Source: Takakia lepidozioides
Taxonomy: Eukaryota > Plantae > Bryophyta
NCBI GenBank assembly: GCA_030704615.1
Contig: CM060731.1
Span: 63,550,001-63,614,000 of the forward strand
Direction: 5' to 3'
DNA length: 64,000 nt
Part shown: in pieces, positions 1 to 13,300 of the stretch
Layout of the letters: every line of letters begins with the position of its first letter
Numbering within the stretch: the first letter of the stretch is position 1
Position numbers and translations under genes: made by a program
The notes under the pieces: generated by a model
Seen by the model: only the letters and a program-made list of their open reading frames with translations
Told to the model about the DNA's origin: nothing
Databases searched by the model: none

Positions 1-2939
1 TGTGCTAAAAACGAACTTGGTACGTCCATAAACCCACCACCCACCCGGTTTCCACATGAGAATGTTCTTAGAGTAAGGGTAGAGCCACATGACGCACGGT
101 TTAAAGCCTATGCAAACCATTTGAAAAGATCTGAAAAAAAAAACATTTTGAAATTTGAAGGGTACATATGAATAATGATCTTGCTTGATGCACTAAGGAC
201 TAGATAGATTTTGTTTTGTGGAATTTTGTATGCATCGTAACTGACTCCAGTAAATGATTGGCTGTCAAAGAGACCATTTTTTTAAGGTTCTGAAAGATCA
301 AGAATGACTGTATCTTTATCTTGAGAGTATTGCCATTGTCACTAATTGGTGTTGATATTGTATGGTGTTTTCCAAGGCAAACTCACCTCTAAGCATCCTA
401 AGCTGTTGGCCTAGAAATTTGGTGATGGCTTAGCAAGGCTGTATTGTCCAATTTTTGTCGTGACAAGACCCCCCTACATCTCTCTTTGATTTCCAGCATA
501 CTTAGTGGTTCTCGTATACATCATCACCTAGTTTCTTTGCTTCTAGCTTTGAGATAACTAGATGATTTACAAGAGTACTATCATGTCATTGTGAATCACA
601 GGGCTCATTGACAAGAAAGAACCTGCATGGATTTGTGAGCTATAGGAAAATGATCATATGATCTACCCTTGCGTCCAATTCCCGCTGTCCAAGCTGCCTT
701 TGGCTTACATCAAGTTCACTAAGGAGTTTCATAACCTTGTCTAGACCTTGGACAATATGGCCATACTGGAGAACTCAGAAACGGTGAGAATGTTGTCTTA
801 CGACTGGATGAATAATGAAACTGGCTCTGATTACAAACAGAATAGGAAAGTACTCTGACAGACTACATGAGTATTACAAAAATATGAATGAGATACTTGA
901 GCAAGATGCATAAGACCTAGCACAATGGGATAAAGCCACAGTTGGGCGGGTACACGGGTTAGAGCCGGTTCTCAACCTGGGACCCATGAACCTACCTCTC
1001 CGATTATGTAAAATGGAGAAAACCCTCATTGGACCCTATTTGGCCCAATCGCTTGGGTGGTGGGACCTATTTAATACCTTGAACCACATGTAATAAGTGT
1101 GACCCCTACCTGCTTTGCACCCGGCCCATGCCCTTTCAAGTATGGTGAAACCCCATTATACACTAACACATTAATATTTAACTCTAAAAATAGCGTTAAA
1201 TCGTTTTTGAAAATAGAGATGAAATCATAGTTAGTATGTAATGGTCAATAGTATGTTAGGGTATTATCATTCTAGAAGTTTGTGTTGACGGCATGATTCA
1301 GCTTTATCCTTACTACCATCAAAGAGCCGTCATGCGTAGATTGTGTTGCCGCCAAATGGTGAAATACGAGGAAGCAATGTAAAGACTATTGACATGCAGG
1401 TAAGCTCTTCGATTTCACTGTCAATTTTTGGCATGCGACTCCACGGTCTATGTATTTGTAGATCAGTTGGTATAGACATCAAAATGAGGATTCAAAGCTC
1501 ATGTGTTACTGAGTACATTACAAGTGATGCAACTTATAATTTGCTTGAATACATAGGATGAGAGACCATTCCAACTCTTGATGGCAAGGAGGGAACAAAT
1601 GGAGTTGATGAAGGACAAAACGCAACCTTGTGACAGCCATTCTTTTAGTGGCGAATAATCGCCAGATTTCGACCTCGCGTGGGACTTGGCGACAGGGGTA
1701 AAGGGAAATCAGGCTGAAAAATCATCACTTTTCGCCAAAACCTGATCTGATGGGCCCACCATTCGCTAGAGGGGCAGCCACAGGGAGGCACATGGCGCCA
1801 TATTGAGTGAAGACAGTTCACAGCAGAGGAGCCAGATCCCAAGTGCATGACATCGCCGCATTCCGAGTGCGCGGGAGGACGTGGAGCCAGCTATGTTGCC
1901 CATTTTTGTACATATATATATATGGGTAAGTATAGTATAATCTGGATAGATAGATTTTGTAGTGGTATCACTATAACATGTGTATGGGTAGCTTAGTAGT
2001 AGAGATCTTCCTTCCTAGCCATTCGACTTGTTGTTCAAATCCTAACACCTCAACGTTTTTTTGATAGCAACCTGGTTTGGATGATAAAGTTCTTAAATAT
2101 GAAAAAGGTGGCCGCGGAGGAGGGCAAAAGGGTGACTGCAGAGGAGGATGATAATCAAAAGGGTGGCAGAGGGTTACAAAAACGGAATGAGAATGTCATT
2201 TATGCATTGTTTTTGGGATGAAAGGACACATGTCAGCAAGTTTAGGGGACCCAAAAAAAAAAAAAAAAAATCCTAAAACACACATCTTCTTCCTTCTTTC
2301 ATTTTTTTCCTCTCCTCTCTTTAGGCCTTAGGGTTGCTTGCAAGTTGCAGAGCGTGCTTTCGCATGCACTTTATGTTAGTATCAGTAATCACTCAAGGCT
2401 GCGATTGAAGAGAGCAAACATTTGATACTTCTTATCTATGTGCCATGTAGCATTAGGCAGGGCCAGGGTTCAAATATGCCACTTAGTGTAGATTGAATGA
2501 AATGCAATATAAGCCAATTTAAGGTTTTCTACTTATGAATGGTGGTTTAAATTTTTTGGTGGTATTTGGCATAATTTCTGCCTAGTCTCCAATGATGCCT
2601 AAACCCTCCTGGGTTATTCGCCTCAACAAGTTTACTAGGTTTTAGGTTCATTCGCCCAATACCCATTCAAAATCTCATATTATCGCCAGCCATTTCCACT
2701 ACGCATTTTGTACAAGCGCCAGACATGCTCCTCTAAGGTTCTAATGGATGCCACTTGTGCTACAATGTAAATACCTTAAAAGAAACGCTGCCTTGTGATG
2801 ATAGATGAAGGAACGTACAACTTGCACAGCTGCATTTGAATCAACGTTTTTGGGTCCCGTACAGTAGAACAGCTGTAAAGTGGGCATTCTACATTATTAA
2901 CAATAAATCAGCTGTAGATCACGATCGAGCTAAAAAAAC

Positions 2940-3581
2940 TGTGGTGCCTAACATGTCCTGGAGATCATCGAGCACATAGTACCTCAAGTAGCTCAAATGA
3001 GAGAATGACATTATCCTAGCACGGGCCAGACGCAGTCCCAGACCTACAATAAAGAGCATGATATCACATCGTTGAAGAAACATGTACAACAAGAACATGG
3101 TGAGGCTTTTAACAAGTACAAAGCTATTTAAAAGATGGAGAAACAATATACGATATCAAGTTGTGAAAATAGTAAGAAAATGAAAGCTCCACCTCCAGGC
3201 TCTATCTCTACCATTTTTTGGTCTAGCAACCCATACAAAGAAAATGACTGTGCTCAGCAGATCGTTTTGTACATAATTAAGGGTTTCAGACCTAAGTGTC
3301 CACCGTAGAAAACCCTTGGCTCAAAAGAATCGTTATGCGACAATGTCCATGAGTGGTATTTCCATCTCGTTGCCTTGGTTGGTGAGGTCATTCCTCGAAT
3401 GGTCTCTGCTACAATGGAGAAGTATGTGTTGTCAGCACTAGCTTGTTGTGCAACTGTCACAACATAATTCGATTTGTGGATGTCCAGGGGAGGCGTTGAT
3501 ACATTTGCTCTTGTGATAAATTTCATAGATGAGGCATAGGTGCCTTGCCCATTTGTCCTATTTGAGGAACACGACACAACA
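2940..3581 (+). pseudogene. hAT-superfamily transposase, N-terminal part (BED-finger-like region and first catalytic Asp), decayed
   Basis: Manual translation with stops and frameshifts gives TYNKEHDITSLKKHVQQEH (~3043-3100), TVENPWLKRIVMRQCP*VVFPSR and MEKYVLSALACCATVTT*FDLWMSRGGVDTFALVINFIDEA*VPCPFVLFEEHDTT. This is the hAT D-x-W motif context. It is cut at 3581 by a CACTA terminus. The start coordinate is approximate. Confidence 0.85.
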
Positions 3582-4200
3582 CACTACAAGAAAAGGGGGG
3601 CCTTTGCGACGCCCGGGCCACGCCGCAGCGTCGGGAAAACGCCCACTTCCGGCACGGGGCAGGTGCCGAATTTGCAACGCCCGGCCGTCGCCCGGTAGTC
3701 AAATGGGCGTCGCCAAAAAGACGTCGCAAAAATGCGACGTATGGGGTCACGAGCCCCCGCCCCAACTCCCGCGACTGCCGGACGTCGCTTTTCTGGCCGT
3801 CCGCGCCGATGGCAGGGGCCTCCTTCCAACGACGTCTCGCCGTCGCTGCCCTCCAGCCAACGGCATTAGTGGGGGCGATGGCGTGGCGTCGCACCCCTTT
3901 TTTTTCTAACCTGCCCGGGAGTCCCATCCTAAAACCCAAAAACACGTGGCGTAAGCCGGATGGTACGCCAAACGACTATTGGGCGTGGCAAAAAAAAAAC
4001 AGCGAGCGCAGGAATCAGGCTCCGCCACACCCGGGCGTGGGTTTTCGCAATGCTCTGGCGTCGCTTGCTTTATATTTAATCAAAAAAATAAAAGACGTGG
4101 CGCAGGCAGGGTGGCGGGCTCCGCGACGTGCTTGCGACCCCCGAACCAAAAAACATGACTAGTCCTAGTCCATGTAGGTCCCAGTGTCAGCCTACTGAAC
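3582..4200 (+). mobile_element. CACTA (En/Spm) element 1, left terminus with GC-rich subterminal repeats
   Basis: TIR CACTACAAGAAAAGGGG at 3582, preceded by ACA (3579-3581). Many GCGACG/CGTCGC motifs follow in both orientations. Confidence 0.9.
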
Positions 4201-4599
4201 CTTTGTGAGCTTTTCAGCTCATTTCCTGTAAATATATTTCCATCTTTCCATCTTCCATCTTATTCATGTGTCGCACCGTCCTCACCTTCGATTCATGTTT
4301 GCTCAATTGTGTACCTGCTAAATCAGAGAAATGGAAGCTGTAAGGTCTCTCATCCCCAAAAACAAAACCAGGCAAAAAAACAAAAACCACCCCCAATTCA
4401 TCCCCAAAATCAACCCCCAACACCCCCCCACCAGGCTGGCCTTGCGACTGCAGGACGTCGCAATTGGCGACTTGTTTTTTGGGCGGGGGTCGCAAGCCGC
4501 GACGATCGGGTGTTGCAAATCCCATTTGCGGGTGGCAACGCCCGACACCCCCATCCTCAGAGGAGGACTCAGAGCTATCCGATGAGCCTGATGACTCCG

Positions 4600-6800
4600 C
4601 GCCCTTTGCCAGAGCACCTAAAGGAGGCGGCGTTCCCCTAAGTCCCACAGAGTTCTCATCCAATCCCTAGCCATGACCCCCAACCTCATCCATACTAGTG
4701 CCCTGTAGCGCACTCATCCCCTCCGTGTTGGCCATGTTCTTCATGAGGGATTGTCAACCATGCTCCTTGGCGTAGTTGTACTCTACCGGAGATGGCTTCC
4801 TCTCAAACGCGCATTGCTACACATGCCACAAGTTAAAGTCAGTTCTTCACGATGATGGAGCTAGAAAGAAGACATAACAAAGTCCATAGGGAAGTACGAC
4901 TTACAAATCGCAAGATAAAACCCTTGGATCCGCCGGCGCCCCACTTGTGTGTGGATTCATGCTTGTCAAGGCGGATTGTTGTTGCTTCGCGTGCCCGCTC
5001 AAATTTGGCCTTGTTTGCCGCATCATTCTCTCCCACAATGAGTGCATCCCACGATACCTATGTCCCCCCCCCCCCCAAAAAAACAATTAGAGAATTACAC
5101 ACATATGTTGCATCGAATCCTCCTCATTAATGCACATGCGACAAATGGAAGGTGAAATGATTCAGGATTTGCCAACCTGTGTAATTCCATAAGGTGGTTT
5201 GGGTATGGCCCCCTTTTCCATTGCCCTCCGAATGATCTGTCTGGCACGGTACCTCCTGTCCTTCAAGTTTCTCCCCACTATCTCCATCACCCTTGTGTCA
5301 CTCCAATTGCCCGAAAACCAATGGTCTAACTCACGGGCATACGCCCGCTTCGCACCAAAGTGCCGATCAGTCCACTCAATGTGCAAAGGGAACCACCTCA
5401 ATGCGAGTTCGAAGGTTGGCTTTTTCATAGCCTCCCAGAACGCACCGCAGGGGTCACCATGGCGATTCACCTCCACCGGTGGCACCACGATCTTTGCCAA
5501 CTCCACTACTTGTATCGCCAAAGCCATGTTCTTCTTCCCACCCTCTCCCTTCTTTGTAGCCTCCTTCCCCTGCTCCTTTGTTACCCCACTGCCCTCCCCC
5601 GCATGCACACTCACCCCTTCCTCTCCATGGGACTTCTTCTTCTTCTTCTTCTTCTTTTCCTTCCCCTTCTCCATGACCATCTCCTTCCCCTTCCCCGCTA
5701 CTTCCTCTCTCTCCTTCTCCCTCTCCCTTCTCTCTCTCTCCTCGGCAGCCCCTTCATTGATGGTAAAAGGGATCTCGGGAGGTCGAAGCCTCTTCTTCTT
5801 ACCTTTGGTGTTCGGGTCCTTCATGAACACCACGTGCTCTCCCTCATTGGCAACCTCACCGGACTACACCAATGAGGTCAGCCATGTTGCTGCCTCCTGA
5901 AAACAAATAACCCCTCCAAATTCAAAAAAAAAAACAAACAACAAAGAAAATCATGCATGCAAAGGAAAGGATAAAACATGGAACAAGGTGCGACAGTTGT
6001 ACCTTTGCAAGCTTGTCAGACTCGCCCCCAGTGTCACCCGATGTGGCAGGAGTCCCCATTGCCGGATGTGCCCGCGCTATCCCCTCCCGGAGCGCCACTA
6101 GAAGTAGATTCCAGATGTGGAGCATATAGCCGGCGGCGGCGCCCCGTAGTCCAGGCCCTTCTTTGCTGACCGCTCATGCTCAGGGGGCGGTGTCGCTGAT
6201 CGGCTAGGCCGCTCCAAACCAGCCCATACCTCCTCCTCCTCCCCCCCCCAAATGCGTAGCAGGGTAGAAGCCCTCACCCGGCTTGACTACTTCGAGGTGC
6301 TTCGCTATCTCAGCCACTTCATTGGCCCTCCTCGTCTCCTCCTCCCTCATCGACAACATTAGGCTAGCAATGGAGGCTTTCAAAGGCCCTTGAACCTGAC
6401 GTTGGGCCTTGGCAAGTGCAACCTTTGCTGCGGTGGGGGTGACATCCAAAAGTTGCCCATACCGGGCCCCTGAACGGGTGATGTGCTTGCCAAGGTACAT
6501 TTCACCCGTCTTGGTGGCCGGGGCTGTGCTCAACTGAGCATCCGGCTCAGCAAACAACCTCCCGAATAGGAGAGCTGGCTGAGCCGTTCCCTGGCGCATC
6601 CAAGATGTGGACAAGAGGGGGGGTACTGGCCTGGGGGGCAGACGAGCCCTCCGGCTGCGGCTGTCGACGGGGCTGGTTAACCATGAGACGCCCTGGCGCG
6701 TCACACGTGCCGGCAAAGCAAACGGATTGTCAGCCCCTTTCTTTGGGGGAAGGGACTTCTTCCCTTTCCCCATAAGCTGGCACCTATCATGCAAACCCAC
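4600..6800 (-). pseudogene. Spliced CACTA TnpA/Ptta-like (Transposase_24-type) gene, pseudogenised
   Basis: Exons 5177-5896, 4905-5057 and <=4816 join in frame across GT-AG introns (5176-5058, 4904-4817): ...PKPPYGITQ|VSWDALIVGEND...THKWGAGGSKGFILRF|QCAFERKPSP... The HxxGxGG motif is typical of Ptta proteins. There is an in-frame TGA in the last exon and further exon(s) at ~6003-6800. It lies just inside the CACTA TIR. Confidence 0.65.
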
Positions 6801-7069
6801 AAGTTGGCCTCATTAGGAAACAACCTCTACATTCCAGATCAAAAACAAAAAAAACCAAGCATGTCAGGGGCTGAGAGCGGCAAGTGATCAGGGTCTCGGG
6901 GGGGGGGATGATTGAGCACCACCAGCAGCTGCTGAGCACCATGGGCTCATCCCCCCCCCCCCCATTTTTTTGTTTTTGGTTTCCTGGTCTCTCCCTCTCT
7001 CCCTCTCTCCCTCTCTACTGGGAATTGGCAGTTTGCTATCAGTGTGGATTTTTTGTTCCTCTATCAGGC

Positions 7070-7580
7070 TTTTTCATCCATACAAGATGAGCCACTAGGA
7101 TGGACACTGAATTACCTCTAGGATGGTTCTTTTGGCCTTTTCATTCCTCCTCTATTGACTCTCATCCATACCGGATGAGTCACCATGGAAGAAAAGAATT
7201 ACCTCTATGGAGGTTGCCAATAGCATCCTGTTTTTCCATCCGTACCGGATGAAAAACTACCAGGGTAATAATTTTTCATTCCTCTTTTATTGACTCTTGT
7301 TATCCATACCGGATGGTCTGGAAAGGAATGATAGAATTACCTAGATGGAGGTAAGGCGCTGCCACGGATGATATTCCCTAGTTTTTCATCCTGACACATG
7401 TGAGCTGTCTATGGATGATGTGATTATGACCTGGAATTGATCTTTACTACCCCTAATTATGATTAATTACGGTGGAAACCCTAACCCCTACCCCAAAACC
7501 TATTTTTTACCTTGCTACGGATGAAATCCGTCAGGGTTTATGGACTCGTCCTACCATTTTTCATCCGCGGATGAAAAATC
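7070..7580. repeat. Dispersed short palindromes (TTTTCATCC-n-GGATGAAAA), likely CACTA internal/subterminal repeats
   Basis: About 8 variants of CATCC...GGATG, including the perfect palindrome TTTTTCATCCGCGGATGAAAAA at 7557-7578. Confidence 0.6.
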
Positions 7581-9480
7581 GGGGGACAACCCTATGTCGT
7601 CTCTCCTGCTGTCAGAAGCACACGATGTGCTTCTGAGCTCGCGAGGAGAATGTTATGGCGGGTGTGCTTCGGTGGCTGCCCCGTTTGTGGTGTCGTATCC
7701 ATGCTGGACGAGCGCCTGGGGGGGCGCGAAGGCGGCGCCTTGTCTCTCTTGCAACGGGAAACACCGCTATGAAAGCAGTGGCATCTTCCCTCCTCTGGCT
7801 TTTTCTGTGCTTAGCAAGGATGCTTATGATGGGAAGTTCTCTCCCTCTTTTCTAGTGCCTTGCGTTTGTGCCTGCTTTGCTTCATTGCTTGTGTGCTTTG
7901 TGGAGGCGGCTTGTTGCGGGTGGTGATGGCGCATAACCCTCTTCCCCAATCGCTTAAGGTGCCTTTGGAGTTCAGGGATTCTCATGTTCTTATCTCTTTC
8001 TCTTGCTTTTGAGTTTCTTAGTTGACATCGATGACAAGTGTGAGGGTCTGTGATTCACCTGGGGTTCCACAATCCTCACTAACCTGTTGGTTTTTGTGGG
8101 GGCTTGTGATGGGACCAGGTGAGGATCCTCACCTACTTTGAAGCTTCTTGAGCATGCAGATTGGGATATGGGCTGAGAAGACCTGTGGGTTTTTGCGCCG
8201 TGAGGTGGCTGCTGCCTGCAACCTCGATTTCAACCCAACTGCTCCTGGTTTGGCATGCTACAGCCTGGTTTTTGGCCTTTGTCGTTCTGTCGTCGATGCG
8301 CAGCTCGGCCTGACTGGCCTGTCTCCTGAGGCTTGCATACAAACCATACCCTACCTCTTGATCTTTGACAGTAGGGCCAGTGGATTATTGAGCTAGGTTG
8401 TAAGTTCTTTTGGCCAAAGAGGATCTGGTTTTAGGTGGTATGTTTTTGGCGGTTTTGGGTCTCTATGGACATGGTGGCCTTGAAGGGTATGGCGGCAGCC
8501 TGATAAGGCACCGACCTGCTCCTTTTCGGGCCTGTTTCTGTTGAGTATTGGATCACAATGAGGTGTTCTTTGCATGCTTTAGCATGGAACTCTTGAAGGA
8601 TGAGGATGGTAAGCTGCAATGGGATCCTACCTATAGTTTTGGCTTTGTCATGACATCAGGCCTATGACCTGCAATCTGGTTTTTTATATGCAAAAGAGGC
8701 TGGATCTCGGCCGTTCAAGCTGCTTGTATGTACAAGTCTTGAACCTGCAATTTGACAGGCTGAGTTCACATTCCCTTGACACCTTGTATGATCACATGTC
8801 TCGGGGTGAATACAAATGATATGGAATTTATTTCATCATGCCCAAGTAGGACTACTTGGTGGCATATTGTGATTCTGACAAATTGCAGGCTGGTCCTTAT
8901 GCCTTGGCTGATGCATGACCTGCCATAATTAATGGCTGAAAATGTAAGATGTTGCAACCTGTGGGTCATATCCAAGATGTATGTGTGAAAACGTGTCTTG
9001 AAATGGTAATAGGGCAAGCTGGACCATGGTACCTTGCCCTTTGCATGACCTCAGCATTTTTATTCTCCTTCAATACATGACCTGCTGGTAAGGTATGTGT
9101 GCAGGCTGAACCAAGAGGCCTTGCAACCTGCACAGGGGCAGCAATATCTCATCTTGTCCCACACATGAACACATGATTCATTGGCCAAGATGGCCGGATC
9201 TTGGGTGTTCAAGATGCTTGCATCCCCTACATGAACAAACCCCGCCCTCCCACCTTGTTTTATCATGACTGATTGGGTGATGTCATTTCATGGGAAGCTA
9301 TGACAAGAATGGAAATGTTAGATGGTGCCCTGTTTTGGGTTGTTTATGTCTTTAATTGACAATGACCCTAGTGGGTCTTCTCCATGTCTTGACATGACAT
9401 AAATATCTTCCCTCCCTTTTTTTTTTGCTGCTCACAAAAATAAACAAACCACAAAGGAGAGAGGGTGCAGAAAAAGTTAA

Positions 9481-10176
9481 AAAGAGTAGCCTTGTAGCCA
9501 TTGACCCCACGCCCAGTTTGAGCGGAAACAAAAGGGACAGAACTTGCCTCGTCAGGGGCTGACGTTGGTAGTAAGACTTACCTTCATATATAGAATTAAT
9601 CCGGGTTTTCCAGATATCCTCTAGAAATCCCTTCACACAAGCATCAATCTGCTGTGTGTGATTTGCCCAATAACTAGGCCTCAGGAGGGCCTGGGCTTTT
9701 GGCTCAGCCTCGAGACTTTCAAAGTTGGTAAACAGAGGTACATGCACAATTCCCTTGATAGATTTGAAGAGAGTGTCTCTTTGGTGAGCGAACTCCGGAC
9801 AGTGTATCAGAAAATGAGTATTGTCTTTAGATTGCCCACACAACGGACAATTGCACTCTCCCTTTCCTCTCTGCTTCTGTTTGTTGTTCAAAGGTAGGCT
9901 TCCTGCCCTGAGTTTAAATTTCAGTCTAGTGCCGAGAGTGGGTAGACCCTTGAGGTCATCCAAGATGTCCTCCCCCATGTCATTGATTGGAAACAAGTTC
10001 AGGGAAGTTTTTGTGACTAACTTCATTTTCATCTAACAATCTCATCGCAACAAACATGGCTTTGGACACTACAGCCTCTAAGTCAGATTTATCAACCTAT
10101 ATTGCAGATCCGTACTCCAAGGCAGGTCTAATAATGCGACAAAGCATAGTTTTCTTAACCTCAGAGTTGACACCTC
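9481..10176 (-). mobile_element. 5'-truncated, internally deleted non-LTR retrotransposon (RT thumb plus C-terminal CCHC)
   Basis: Flanked by the 15-bp direct repeat TGCAGAAAAAGTTAA (9466-9480, 10177-10191). Minus-strand translation gives IIRPALEYGSAI* (~10095-10135) and, in ORF 9352-10032, KFKLRAGSLPLN...CPLC...HFLIHC. Confidence 0.85.
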
Positions 10177-10199
10177 TGCAGAAAAAGTTAAGAAGAGAG

Positions 10200-10375
10200 A
10201 GGAAAAAAAAAAATGAACCCTAATCACCAAAAGCACCTTGAGCGATCGGGGAAGGTAACTTTGCGCCGTCGCCACCAGCAAGCCATCTCCAGCACAGCTA
10301 AGGAGAAGTGAAGCATACAAGCATCCATGCTAGGTTTAAGAAGGGAGAGAGGGATATATACTTCCCCACACAAGC
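10200..10375 (-). promoter_or_regulatory. Putative Pol II promoter/5' UTR pointing away from the satellite
   Basis: The minus strand reads TATATATCCCTCTCTCCCTTC (~10339-10359; TATA followed by a pyrimidine patch). A telobox-like AACCCTAA is at 10216-10223. Motif evidence only. Confidence 0.3.
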
Positions 10376-10398
10376 GCCGCTGCGAAACATAAATTGAT

Positions 10399-13300
10399 TC
10401 GAAATTGATTCGATGGCTCAACGGATGGTTGGCCATCGAGATGATTTTGGTTCGCTTTGAGACTTGGCCAGTATGTTCAATGTGCCACGGAAGAGGCCCC
10501 AGAGTAATATGAGATCAACCGAAATTCGTTCAATGGGCCCACGGATGGTTGCCCATCCAAATGATTTTCGTTCGCTTTGAGACTTGGCCATTGTGTTCAA
10601 TGTACCCTCTGATAGGTCCCAGTGTAATATGAGATCAATCGAAATTCGTTCGATGGGCCAATGAGGCGTTCAGTTGTCATCTGGTTTTTGTTCATTGCGA
10701 AAAACAAATCCTGCAATGCGTGCACGGCTATTGCACCCATTGAACGGATGTGGTTGAAGCCCCTCTTTTGCCCGCATGTGCTCGAACATGTGTGCGACAC
10801 GTGTGCGGAGACACAACAGACGAATAAATCATTTTCCTCCCCATCGACACCAAGCCATTCCATAATGCAATTGAATTTAAATTGATTTTAAGCCAATAAA
10901 TAGGTTTGCACTGCCTTTCATTGGGGGTTCTGGCACGTATCGATTTTGTTTTTGGCTCAATTTTGTCTTGCGGCTTCCAGCATCCCACCACTACTCCCCC
11001 GCCAAAATTTGGACCGATCAAAAAATGCCCCCCGAAAAGAATGTTCTCTTCGTTCACTATTGCAAAACTCTCTATGAAGATTGCGTGAAGTTGAACACAA
11101 ATCAAGTTTGGAGTGCAAAACAGGGAAGAAAACTGTGGTTTTGGGTCCAAATGAATTATGTTCGCTCCCAAATTTGGCACGCACGTTGCATATGGCTACA
11201 TTATACGCCCCATTCAAAAAACGGAATGAAGAAAACCGTGAGCACGCGAAAACACAGCCCAACAGGTCCCAAAGCAAATAGCAGATCTAGCGGAATACAT
11301 TCAACGGGTGAACGGATGGTTGCCCATCCAAATCATTTTTGTTTGCTTCCAAACTTTGCCAGTACGTTCGAGACACCCTCTCACAGGTCCCGGACTAATA
11401 TCAGATCAATCGAAATTGATTCGATGGCTCAACGGATGGTTGGCCATCGAGATGATTTTGGTTCGCTTTGAGACTTGGCCAGTATGTTCAATGTGCCACG
11501 GAAGAGGCCCCAGAGTAATATGAGATCAACCGAAATTCGTTCAATGGGCCCACGGATGGTTGCCCATCCAAATGATTTTCGTTCGCTTTGAGACTTGGCC
11601 ATTGTGTTCAATGTACCCTCTGATAGGTCCCAGTGTAATATGAGATCAATCGAAATTCGTTCGATGGGCCAATGAGGCGTTCAGTTGTCATCTGGTTTTT
11701 GTTCATTGCGAAAAACAAATCCTGCAATGCGTGCACGGCTATTGCACCCATTGAACGGATGTGGTTGAAGCCCCTCTTTTGCCCGCATGTGCTCGAACAT
11801 GTGTGCGACACGTGTGCGGAGACACAACAGACGAATAAATCATTTTCCTCCCCATCGACACCAAGCCATTCCATAATGCAATTGAATTTAAATTGATTTT
11901 AAGCCAATAAATAGGTTTGCACTGCCTTTCATTGGGGGTTCTGGCACGTATCGATTTTGTTTTTGGCTCAATTTTGTTCTGCGGCTTCCAGCATCCCACC
12001 ACTACTCCCCCACCAAAATTTGGACCGATCAAAAAATGCCCCCCGAAAAGAATGTTCTCTTCGTTCACTATTGCAAAACTCTCTATGAAGATTGCGTGAA
12101 GTTGAACACAAATCAAGTTTGGAGTGCAAAACAGGGAAGAAAACTGTGGTTTTGGGTCCAAATGAATTATGTTCGCTCCCAAATTTGGCACGCACGTTGC
12201 ATATGGCTACATTATACGCCCCATTCAAAAAACGGAATGAAGAAAACCGTGAGCACGCGAAAACACAGCCCAACAGGTCCAAAGCAAATAGCAGATCTAG
12301 CGGAATACATTCAACGGGTGAACGGATGGTTGCCCATCCAAATCATTTTTGTTTGCTTCCAAACTTTGCCAGTACGTTCGAGACACCCTCTCACAGGTCC
12401 CGGACTAATATCAGATCAATCGAAATTGATTCGATGGCTCAACGGATGGTTGGCCATCGAGATGATTTTGGTTCGCTTTGAGACTTGGCCAGTATGTTCA
12501 ATGTGCCACGGAAGAGGCCCCAGAGTAATATGAGATCAACCGAAATTCGTTCAATGGGCCCACGGATGGTTGCCCATCCAAATGATTTTCGTTCGCTTTG
12601 AGACTTGGCCATTGTGTTCAATGTACCCTCTGATAGGTCCCAGTGTAATATGAGATCAATCGAAATTCGTTCGATGGGCCAATGAGGCGTTCAGTTGTCA
12701 TCTGGTTTTTGTTCATTGCGAAAAACAAATCCTGCAATGCGTGCACGGCTATTGCACCCATTGAACGGATGTGGTTGAAGCCCCTCTTTTGCCCGCATGT
12801 GCTCGAACATGGTGCGACACGTGTGCGGAGACACAACAGACGAATAAATCATTTTCCTCCCCATCGACACCAAGCCATTCCATAATGCAATTGAATTTAA
12901 ATTGATTTTAAGCCAATAAATAGGTTTGCACTGCCTTTCATTGGGGGTTCTGGCACGTATCGATTTTGTTTTTGGCTCAATTTTGTTCTGCGGCTTCCAG
13001 CATCCCACCACTACTCCCCCACCAAAATTTGGACCGATCAAAAAATGCCCCCCGAAAAGAATGTTCTCTTCGTTCACTATTGCAAAACTCTCTATGAAGA
13101 TTGCGTGAAGTTGAACACAAATCAAGTTTGGAGTGCAAAACAGGGAAGAAAACTGTGGTTTTGGGTCCAAATGAATTATGTTCGCTCCCAAATTTGGCAC
13201 GCACGTTGCATATGGCTACATTATACGCCCCATTCAAAAAACGGAATGAAGAAAACCGTGAGCACGCGAAAACACAGCCCAACAGGTCCCAAAGCAAATA

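Noticed and set aside
1646-2701. Possible hAT-like element bounded by TAGTGG...CCACTA with TCGCCA motifs
   Set aside because: The terminal match is only ~6 bp and there is no convincing 8-bp TSD, so it is left uncalled.
5199-5900. Plus-strand 233-aa and 171-aa ORFs, and similar antisense ORFs over gag/pol (e.g. 59471-60244)
   Set aside because: These are shadow frames of the opposite-strand TE genes with low-complexity composition.
6096-6107. CACTAGAAGTAG as a CACTA terminus
   Set aside because: It lies within the TnpA-like exon region and has no subterminal repeats or matching TSD.
7476-7502. Telomere-like AAACCCTAACCCCTA
   Set aside because: Only one or two degenerate units; not an interstitial telomere array.
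11300-11670. 120-bp subrepeat as 5S rDNA, or the 1011-bp unit as an rDNA/snRNA repeat
   Set aside because: The length matches 5S, but I see no 5S hallmark sequence (e.g. GATCATACC, GATCCCATCAGAAC, AGTACTAGGATGGG) on either strand. An Rfam scan would settle other RNA families.
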